From: Myxococcota bacterium
GTDB taxonomy: Bacteria; Myxococcota; UBA4151
Assembly (NCBI GenBank): GCA_040260805.1
Contig: JBDQPD010000072.1
Location: 1 to 17,442, forward strand
DNA length: 17,442 nt
Direction: 5' to 3'
Shown here: positions 7,679 to 14,829 of the stretch, one piece after another
Numbering within the stretch: the stretch's first letter is position 1
Layout of the letters: each line of letters begins with the position of its first letter
Made by a program: the position numbers and the translations under genes
The notes under the pieces: model-generated
The model's database searches: none
What the model was told of the DNA's origin: nothing
The model's input: the letters and a program-made list of their open reading frames with translations, nothing else

Positions 7679-9001
7679 ATGCCCTCAGCCGAAGCGAAAA
7701 AGCATCTCGCCAACATACCGGGGAGCGACAGCCTCTTGGAGTTGATGCACCTCAACAAAGACCCGGTGCGGTTCTTTCATGAGCGCTACGACGCGCACGG
7801 CCAGGTCTTTCGGACCCGCTTTATCTACCCAGTGGTCTTCATGATCGGTGCCGAGGCGAACCGCTCGATTATGATCACCAACCGCTCGAAGTTTAGCTTT
7901 GGTAGAGGCTATCACCAGACCTCAATCCGGCGTGTTTTTGATGGCTCAATCATGCTCCAAGATGGGGCGGATCATGCGAGGACACGCGCGATTTTGCAGC
8001 CCGCTGTGGACCGCCTAGCGCTCAAGCAAAGCGTCACCAAAATCGGTCAGCTTTGGGCAGAGATGGGTGACACGCTCTCCGATGGCGCTTGGTATGACTG
8101 CTACGACGCCGGTCAGCGAAGTACGTACCGTGTCGCAGGGCACGCGCTGATCGGTTTAGAGACGCGGGCAGAAGCCGACGCGCTGCACGCAGACTTTGCG
8201 GCCTTGATGCGCGGCCTGATGGCGGCGGTTCCGATCGCCTTTCCGTTTAGTAATATGGCGCGAGCTTTGGCGGCGCGTGAGCGCTTGGTCAAAGCGCTCG
8301 AGCCTCGGATTGAGGCGGCAAGGACCAGACCGCCGGATGGGATGCTCGATCTGCTGGCTCATCATGGGCTTGATGGTAACGACGCGCTGACGGTGCGCGA
8401 AGTGGCTGAGCAGGTGCTGCTTTTATTCTGGGCTGGCTACGACACGACAGCGAGCTCGGTCTCGTGGTTCTTCCACGTGCTCGCTCGCCATCCGGACCTT
8501 CAGGCGCGCATCGCCGCCGAGATGAGCGAGGTGGTCGGCGATGACATCAGCGAGATCATGAGCGCGAAGTTGCCGGTGACCGATGCCTTTGTCCGGGAAA
8601 TTGAGCGGATGTACCCTTCGGTGTTGTTTTTCCCGCGCATTGCGATGGAAGACATCGATTTTGCTGGGTTCACGATCCCCAAAGGGACGCCCACCTTCTA
8701 TTCGCCGTACATGAGTCATCACGACCCCTTGAGCTTTGATCGCCCCGACGAGTTCGATCCCGAGCGGTGGCTCAACCCGGACAAGTCTTTGCGTCCTAAA
8801 TCGAGCCTGCTTGTTGGCTTTGGAACCGGTCCGAGGACCTGTTTAGGTAAGCCCTTTGCGGTGGTTCAGTTCCGTATTCTTTTGCACCATATTTTGCGGC
8901 GTTTCGTGATTGAGCCGGATCCGGACTGTCAGCCGACAGTGATGGGTTTGCCGATCCATCATCCGGTGGACTCACGTATTCGGTTTGTGCCGCGCACCTA
9001 G
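7679..9001 (+). CDS. Cytochrome P450
   Basis: I-helix FWAGYDTT, ExxR (EIER), FDPERW and the heme-binding FGTGPRTCLG. The ATG at 7679 follows GGAG. CYP family not assigned. Confidence 0.95.
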   Translation: MPSAEAKKHLANIPGSDSLLELMHLNKDPVRFFHERYDAHGQVFRTRFIYPVVFMIGAEANRSIMITNRSKFSFGRGYHQTSIRRVFDGSIMLQDGADHARTRAILQPAVDRLALKQSVTKIGQLWAEMGDTLSDGAWYDCYDAGQRSTYRVAGHALIGLETRAEADALHADFAALMRGLMAAVPIAFPFSNMARALAARERLVKALEPRIEAARTRPPDGMLDLLAHHGLDGNDALTVREVAEQVLLLFWAGYDTTASSVSWFFHVLARHPDLQARIAAEMSEVVGDDISEIMSAKLPVTDAFVREIERMYPSVLFFPRIAMEDIDFAGFTIPKGTPTFYSPYMSHHDPLSFDRPDEFDPERWLNPDKSLRPKSSLLVGFGTGPRTCLGKPFAVVQFRILLHHILRRFVIEPDPDCQPTVMGLPIHHPVDSRIRFVPRT

Positions 9002-9010
9002 GAGCTTTTC

Positions 9011-10120
9011 ATGCGCACTGCGCTTTGTGATGACCTCGGCATCAAGTACCCAATCTTTGGTTTTACGCCCTCTCCAGCGGTCGCCGTAGCGATCTCAAAG
9101 GCTGGCGGTTTAGGCGTGCTCGGGACGATTCGCTACACCGACTCAGCCGAGCTTGAAGAGGCGCTGACCTGGATGGACGAACAGCTCGATGGGATCCCCT
9201 ACGGCGTGGACGTGGTGATCCCGCACAAGATTATGGAGGGCGGGCAGGCGCAAGAGCTTGAGCAGATGATCCCGCAGCACCATCGCGAGTTCGTCGAGCA
9301 GGTTCTAGCCAAACACGGCGTCACCGGTTTGGATGAAACGTCGCGGGCGGCGGCGATCACCGGGTGGATGCACGATCAGGCGCTCGGACAAGTCGACGTC
9401 GCCTTTAAGCATCCGGTAAAATTCATCGCCAATGCGCTCGGCGCGCCGCCACCCGAGGTCATCGCCAAAGCGCGTGCGCTCGGGATCAAGACGGCGGCGC
9501 TCGCTGGTAAGCCCAAACACGCTCAGCGTCATCGAGAGGCTGGCGTCGATTATGTGGTGGCTCAAGGTCACGAGGCAGGCGGTCACTGCGGCGAGGTGAC
9601 CACCATGGTCTTAGTGCCTGAGATCGTCGATGCGGTGCATCCTACGCCCGTCCTCGCAGCCGGTGGTATCGGGTGCGGACGGCAAGCGGCTGCGGCGATG
9701 GCGCTCGGCGCACAAGGTGTGTGGCTAGGCAGCCTGTGGCTGACGTCAGAAGAGTATAAGCTCGAGCCTCAGACCGAACGCGGCATGTCGGTGGTGCAAG
9801 AAAAGCTGATCGCAGCCACCTCGTCAGACACGGTCCGCTCGCGGGTGATCAGCGGTAAGCCGGCGCGCATGCTCAAGACCGAATGGACCGAAGCCTGGAC
9901 CGCCGAGGGCTCTCCGGGGACGCTGCCGATGCCGCTGCAAGGCATGCTCGTTGCCGAAGCTGAGGCGCGCATTCGCGGCGACCAAAACCAAGCGCTGCTC
10001 GGCTCTCCGGTCGGGCAGATCGTCGGCCGAATGAACGCCATCGAGCCGGTCGCCAAACAGATCGATGATTTGGTAAGCGAGTTTGAGCAGACCGTCGAGC
10101 GAATGGGTGGGTTCAGCTAA
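9011..10120 (+). CDS. Nitronate monooxygenase / FabK-like FMN-dependent oxidoreductase
   Basis: LGIKYPI, SKAGGLGVLG, VAQGHEAGGHCG, VLAAGGIG.G and ALGAQGVWLGS. The AGGAG RBS overlaps the P450 stop. Confidence 0.92.
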   Translation: MRTALCDDLGIKYPIFGFTPSPAVAVAISKAGGLGVLGTIRYTDSAELEEALTWMDEQLDGIPYGVDVVIPHKIMEGGQAQELEQMIPQHHREFVEQVLAKHGVTGLDETSRAAAITGWMHDQALGQVDVAFKHPVKFIANALGAPPPEVIAKARALGIKTAALAGKPKHAQRHREAGVDYVVAQGHEAGGHCGEVTTMVLVPEIVDAVHPTPVLAAGGIGCGRQAAAAMALGAQGVWLGSLWLTSEEYKLEPQTERGMSVVQEKLIAATSSDTVRSRVISGKPARMLKTEWTEAWTAEGSPGTLPMPLQGMLVAEAEARIRGDQNQALLGSPVGQIVGRMNAIEPVAKQIDDLVSEFEQTVERMGGFS

Positions 10121-10135
10121 GACCGGCAGTGTTCG

Positions 10136-10156
10136 CTCGATCCGCTAACGATCGAG
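10136..10156 (+). terminator. Short hairpin downstream of the NMO gene (possible weak terminator)
   Basis: CTCGATC-cgctaac-GATCGAG forms a 7-bp stem 15 nt after the stop. There is no immediate U-tract. Confidence 0.3.
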
Positions 10157-10369
10157 TCCACCTTTGCGTCCGTCAACGATCGAGAGCCATCCCTCAAATT
10201 ACGATGAAAAGATGCGTAAAGTCATAAGCTGGACGGGTGACGTCAAGCGATGGCGTGGTTGAGTGCTCGGGCTCGTGGCTTGTGCGCCCCTTTGGCTGAG
10301 CGCACATCCAATTAGACAAAAATATCAGCAATCCGATAGCCTCTCTAAAGTCTGGGAGAGCACGTCAGC

Positions 10370-11557
10370 ATGGATGAATTTCAAGAGGTTGAAGAGATCG
10401 GTCTGGGTTCGAACCTAAAAAACGCCGCCAGCGGCGTGGTGGTCGGCTTAGCCATGTTCTTTGGGGCGTTCCCCTTGCTCTGGTGGAACGAAGGGCGCGC
10501 TGTGGACACCGCTCGGATGCTCACCGAGGCGAAGGGGGGCGTGGTCTCGATCGACGCGGCGGCGGATCCAAGCAGCCATGAGGGACAGCTGGTCCATCTC
10601 CAAGGTGAGCTACAGATCGACGAAGAGGTGGTCGACTCGACCTTTGACGTTCGGGTCAAAAGACCCGGTTTGATGCGTCAGGTTGAGATGTATCAGTGGA
10701 AACAGAAGGTAAAGACGAAGGAAGAGAAGAAGGTGGGCGGGGGGACCCGCAAGATCAAGACCTACAGCTACACGAAGACCTGGTCCAAAGAGGCGATCTC
10801 TTCAGGCTCGTTCAAGCGCCCGGAAGGGCACGAGAACCCGTCGATGCCCTTTGGGAGCTGGAGCGGGCGCGCGAAGGCGGGCAAGCTCGGTGCGTTTACC
10901 GTGGACTCGGCGGTGCTCTCCGAGGTCGACGCCCGAGAGCCTCTCAAGCTCGAAGATGAGTTCATGGCGAAACTCAAAGAGCGTGTGGGTGGGCGAGAGG
11001 TCGCTCTGCAAGGCGAGGGCAACACCGCCTACGTCGGCAACTCTGATTCGCCGCAGATCGGTGACTTAAGGATTGGCTATTATCAGCTCAAGTCAGACGT
11101 CAGCGTCATCGCAGAGCCGACCAGCGGTCTGCTTCAAGCCAAGACCATGAGCAACGGGGAGCGCTTATTGATCGTCGCTGCGGGCCAAAAAAACGCTCAA
11201 GAGATGATCGAATGGGAAGAGACCAAGAACACTTTCATGACCTGGTTGATCCGTTTGGGCGGCTTCTTGCTCATGTTCTTCGGCGTCAAGTCGATGCTGA
11301 GCATCGTCGTAGCCTTGGCGAACATTTTACCCTTCTTGGGCGGTTTCGCCGAGTTTGGGACCAGCTTAATCGCGACGGTGATCGCTGCGCCTTGTGCGTT
11401 GATCACCATCGCGCTCGCTTGGATCGTGTACCGGCCGATCATTGGGGTCAGCTTGCTGGTCGTTGGCGTGGTGATTGCGGTGGCGCTGATCGTCAAGGGT
11501 AAGCGGGACCATAGGGTCACGCTTCCTGATGGTACCCAGGTCGAACTTCCCGGCTAG
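10370..11557 (+). CDS. TMEM43 (DUF1625/LUMA) family membrane protein
   Basis: N-terminal TM ending LWWNEGRAV; EGQLVH; LMRQVEMYQW; Y.KTWS..I.S..F....GHENP; PQIGDLRI; TWLIRLGG, then three C-terminal TMs and AWIVYRP. Confidence 0.88.
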   Translation: MDEFQEVEEIGLGSNLKNAASGVVVGLAMFFGAFPLLWWNEGRAVDTARMLTEAKGGVVSIDAAADPSSHEGQLVHLQGELQIDEEVVDSTFDVRVKRPGLMRQVEMYQWKQKVKTKEEKKVGGGTRKIKTYSYTKTWSKEAISSGSFKRPEGHENPSMPFGSWSGRAKAGKLGAFTVDSAVLSEVDAREPLKLEDEFMAKLKERVGGREVALQGEGNTAYVGNSDSPQIGDLRIGYYQLKSDVSVIAEPTSGLLQAKTMSNGERLLIVAAGQKNAQEMIEWEETKNTFMTWLIRLGGFLLMFFGVKSMLSIVVALANILPFLGGFAEFGTSLIATVIAAPCALITIALAWIVYRPIIGVSLLVVGVVIAVALIVKGKRDHRVTLPDGTQVELPG

Positions 11558-11590
11558 TTCGCTCACGGTTCGCTTTGCGGCCTCTGGTAC

Positions 11591-11604
11591 TAGAACGTGT
11601 TTCA
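11591..11604. promoter_or_regulatory. KstR-type operator box upstream of the GMC oxidoreductase
   Basis: TAGAACGTGTTTCA (reverse complement TGAAACACGTTCTA, 12/14 identical to the 7644 box) fits TnnAACnnGTTnnA. It ends 33 nt before the TTG start. Confidence 0.68.
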
Positions 11605-11637
11605 GTGCTACGGGGCACGCCCTGAGCGGAGGCCGAT

Positions 11638-13242
11638 TTGGCGGGCTACGATTATATTGTTGTAGGGGCAGGTTCAGCCGGCTGCGTGATCGCGAGTCGC
11701 TTGTCTGAATCGCCGGATTGTAAGGTGCTTTTACTCGAAGCCGGTCGCAGCGACCGCACCGCAATCTGCAAAGTGCCCGGGATGATGTCCGTGCTGCACA
11801 CGGTGCCGCAGGTCAAAGCGATGTTCGACTGGGGCTACAAAGCCAAACAACGCCCAGAGACCGTCGATCGGAAGATCCCCTATGTCCGCGGTAAGGTCAT
11901 GGGTGGATCATCAGCGATTAACGGCTTGTTGTTCGTGCGCGGTCACAAGAGAAACTACGATGAGTGGGCTGAAGAAGGCTGCACCGGCTGGGATTACGAC
12001 TCGGTCCTGCCGTACTTTAAACGGCTCGAGACCTTTGAGGATGGGGAGAGCGCATTGCGCGGTGGTGGGGGTCCGGTCCAAGTGACTCGCCCCAGCGAGA
12101 TCAGCCCGGTCTCTGACGCCTTCGCCGATGCCATCACCAACAGCTTTGGCGTCGACCGAATCGACGACTACAACGGCGAGCAGCAGACCGGCGCGTCGTT
12201 GATCCAGATGTCGGTCAAAGATGGCCTGCGCTACAGCACCTCTCAAGCCTACATAGAGCCGCACAAAGCGCGCCCCAATTTGACCGTTGAAATCAACGCT
12301 CTAGTTCATAAAGTTGTTATTAAAGATGGGCGAGCCGTTGGGGTCGAATACAGCGTCAAGGGTGAGACCCGAAAAGCGAGCGCCTCTAAGGAGGTTGTGC
12401 TCAGCGCCGGCGTGATCGGATCGGCGCAGATTCTCATGCTTTCAGGGGTTGGTCCTGCGGATCATTTGAGTGAGCATGGGATCGACTGTCACGCGGACTT
12501 GCCGGTCGGTCAAAACCTGCATGATCACCTCTTTTTCCCGATGGTCTATACGGCGCCTCGAGGCGGTCATCGTGGCACGCCCTGGCACTTCTTTTCGGGG
12601 ATGTTTAAAGAGCGTTTGCTGGGTGGCACTTGGTTTGGCCGAACGGTCTTTGAGACCTTTGGCTTTGTCCCCTTGATGCGCCAAGATGGGGTGCCGGACT
12701 TACAGATCCACGCGCTGCCTTGGGCGTACCCAGCTCCCAATCAAGACGCCCCGGTTCGACCGACCGTTGATCTGCGCCCGTGCCTGACGATTTTACCGAC
12801 GCTGATCTACCCTAAGAGTCGCGGCGAGGTCCGGCTCAAGAGCGCAGACCCCACGGCGCACCCGTCGATTGATCCTGCGTTCCTGAGCGAACAGGCGGAC
12901 GTCGACTTTATCATGCAGGCGATCGAGCGCATCCGGCACACCTGCGAGGACCCGGCGGTGGCGCATGAGCTCACCGGCGAGCTCGAGCCGGGACAACCCT
13001 TTATGGATAAAGCAGCCATGCTCAAGGAGCTGCCGAACCGAGTGCACACGGTGTATCACCCCGTCGGCACCTGCCGCATGGGCGTCGACGAACGCGCCGT
13101 GGTGACCCCAGAGCTTAAAGTGATCGGTGTGGAGGGGCTTCGCGTCGCCGATGCCTCCATTATGCCCAACGTGATCGGTGGAAACACCAACGCGCCGAGC
13201 ATCATGATCGGTGAAAAAGCGGTGGACCTGATTCAGTCCTAG
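11638..13242 (+). CDS. GMC family FAD-dependent oxidoreductase (choline/alcohol dehydrogenase-like)
   Basis: YDYIVVGAGSAG, RGKVMGGSSAING, GQNLHDH, catalytic YHPVGTCRMG, VADASIMP and GNTNAP. The TTG start is preceded by GGAGG. Confidence 0.93.
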   Translation: MAGYDYIVVGAGSAGCVIASRLSESPDCKVLLLEAGRSDRTAICKVPGMMSVLHTVPQVKAMFDWGYKAKQRPETVDRKIPYVRGKVMGGSSAINGLLFVRGHKRNYDEWAEEGCTGWDYDSVLPYFKRLETFEDGESALRGGGGPVQVTRPSEISPVSDAFADAITNSFGVDRIDDYNGEQQTGASLIQMSVKDGLRYSTSQAYIEPHKARPNLTVEINALVHKVVIKDGRAVGVEYSVKGETRKASASKEVVLSAGVIGSAQILMLSGVGPADHLSEHGIDCHADLPVGQNLHDHLFFPMVYTAPRGGHRGTPWHFFSGMFKERLLGGTWFGRTVFETFGFVPLMRQDGVPDLQIHALPWAYPAPNQDAPVRPTVDLRPCLTILPTLIYPKSRGEVRLKSADPTAHPSIDPAFLSEQADVDFIMQAIERIRHTCEDPAVAHELTGELEPGQPFMDKAAMLKELPNRVHTVYHPVGTCRMGVDERAVVTPELKVIGVEGLRVADASIMPNVIGGNTNAPSIMIGEKAVDLIQS

Positions 13243-13248
13243 GCGACC
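13236..13248 (+). repeat. 13-bp direct repeat, copy 1 (GTCCTAGGCGACC)
   Basis: Identical to 14228-14240 and abuts the stop codon of the 2OG oxygenase. Confidence 0.8.
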
Positions 13249-14220
13249 TTAAGATGGGTCCCGTAAGACCTGATTCGCGCGCAGCCGGTTTTGGAGATAG
13301 TCGTGCGCGGTGATCGCCTCGTAGCGCGCTGGGCTTTGTTCATCGACGCATGAGGGCATCGGCGTGAGCAGAACGTCAGGGTGCGGATGGATAAAGAAGG
13401 GCATGGAGAAGCGCTCATTGCGCTGCCCTGGAGGCGCCACCACGCGATGGGTGGTCGCTGGGAAGCGGCCGTTGGTGAGCCGCTGAAACATGTCGCCGGT
13501 GTCGGCGATGAGTTGGCCTGGCACCGGATGAATCGGCATCCACTGACCCTCGTTGGTGAGCAGCTCAAGACCGGGCTCCGTCGCTTCGGACAGTAAGGTC
13601 ATCATGTTGATGTCCTCGTGCGCAGCAGCCCAGACGGCGCCGGGCTCGAGGTTATCGGCCTTAGGTTTGGGGTAATGGATGCTGCGCAAGACGGTGTTGC
13701 CGCCCACGAGTAAGCGGGTAAATTCGTCGCGCGGTAGCTCAAGGTATTCGGCGAGCGCTTCGAATAAGGCGACCCCGCAGGCTTGGAGTTCGTCGTAAAA
13801 TTCCAACATCGCTGGCTGGAACTCAGGAAGCTCTGACGGCCAAACGTTGGCGCCGATTTGAGCCGCTAGCTGCGAGCCCTCATCAAGCTCTGGACCGACG
13901 TGCCAGAATTCCTTGAGATCGGCAGCGCCGCCGTCTTTGGCGCGTTCAACCCCCCAAGGGGTGTAGCCGCGCTGGCGACCGTGCTTCGGGCGTTCGTAGC
14001 GGAGCTTTTGCTCTTCTCGCAGGGCAAACAGAGCTTGGACTTGCGCCAGGGCTCGGCCGCGAGTCCGCTGACTGACGCCGTGGTTTTCAACCGCCACAAA
14101 CCCATAGGTTTCGAGCGCTTTTCCGAGCGCTTGAGCGAAGCGAGAGTCACCGGCGCGCCAAGCGTCGAGATCGACAACCGGGATCGTTTGCTCGAGGTGC
14201 TGGGGCGTAGAGCCACCCAT
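13249..14220 (-). CDS. Isopenicillin N synthase-like 2OG-Fe(II) oxygenase
   Basis: IPVVDL, GFVAVENHG, RGYTP.G.E, DLKEFW, HxD (HED), distal His (TTHRV) and RxS (RFS). The ATG at 14220 has AGGA upstream. Confidence 0.92.
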   Translation of the reverse strand: MGGSTPQHLEQTIPVVDLDAWRAGDSRFAQALGKALETYGFVAVENHGVSQRTRGRALAQVQALFALREEQKLRYERPKHGRQRGYTPWGVERAKDGGAADLKEFWHVGPELDEGSQLAAQIGANVWPSELPEFQPAMLEFYDELQACGVALFEALAEYLELPRDEFTRLLVGGNTVLRSIHYPKPKADNLEPGAVWAAAHEDINMMTLLSEATEPGLELLTNEGQWMPIHPVPGQLIADTGDMFQRLTNGRFPATTHRVVAPPGQRNERFSMPFFIHPHPDVLLTPMPSCVDEQSPARYEAITAHDYLQNRLRANQVLRDPS

Positions 14221-14227
14221 GGCTGGG

Positions 14228-14240
14228 GTCCTAGGCGACC
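14228..14240 (+). repeat. 13-bp direct repeat, copy 2 (GTCCTAGGCGACC)
   Basis: Identical to 13236-13248. It contains the stop of the STAS-like gene and the AGGA RBS of the oxygenase. Confidence 0.8.
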
Positions 14241-14641
14241 GAGGTCTCAAAGTCGTTGTCGGTCCCGGTCAAGAAGCCAACGGCTTCGGCGCAGGTTTCG
14301 AACATCGGCGCAGGGCGTGTACCCTCACTCAAGTTCGCTTGGACGAAGGCTTCGAGCGCCGGGGTTTGGCGAACCACGTGGCAGACGTCGGTGACATTCG
14401 CATAGCGGCCTGCACGCTCTTCGAGGGTGTTGATCAATTCAAGCGCCTGAACGTCCATCTCAAAGAGTCCACGCAGGTCCAACACGATCGCTGCAGGGCG
14501 TCCTGCGATACGGTCAAGACGATCAAGGATATCTTCACGCAGAAGCAGCGCCTCTTCGGCTTCGAGCGAGTGCCCAAAGCTCATGGTGAGGATCGCAAGC
14601 ATACCATCATGGATGGCGAGATCGATACGATGACAGGACAT
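14231..14641 (-). CDS. Small STAS/SpoIIAA-like protein
   Basis: GGAG RBS. IVLDLRGLFEMD resembles the STAS strand-loop, and the C-terminal FETCAEAVGFL resembles the F....EA..WL of SpoIIAA-like proteins. Confidence 0.55.
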   Translation of the reverse strand: MSCHRIDLAIHDGMLAILTMSFGHSLEAEEALLLREDILDRLDRIAGRPAAIVLDLRGLFEMDVQALELINTLEERAGRYANVTDVCHVVRQTPALEAFVQANLSEGTRPAPMFETCAEAVGFLTGTDNDFETSVA

Positions 14642-14829
14642 GGCGAACTCCTAAAGTGTGTTGCCTTGAGAAAAGCTTCGCAGACAGTATCGGGATGTTC
14701 AGCACAAAGGTGCGTTGCATCGGTCGGTTGCCGGATGCGTTTGGACCCGGCGCGCTAAAGTCACGCTCGCCGACTTGCTTCATCGGTCGGATCTGAGGCA
14801 CTGCCGAAGGGCTGATAAAGGTACGAATT

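Noticed and set aside
10121..10369. CRISPR array, tRNA or sigma-54 promoter in the longest intergenic gap
   Set aside because: Only two short imperfect repeats with a 12-bp gap and no cloverleaf. TGGC...TGC at 10251-10266 has GG-GC spacing one base too long for sigma-54.
11638..13242. Naming the GMC enzyme betA or cholesterol oxidase
   Set aside because: There is no betB/betI context, and only general GMC motifs are visible, so the substrate cannot be assigned.
13249..14220. Beta-lactam or other secondary-metabolite biosynthetic cluster
   Set aside because: No NRPS, PKS, terpene synthase or RiPP precursor lies in the window, and IPNS-like oxygenases are widespread stand-alone genes.
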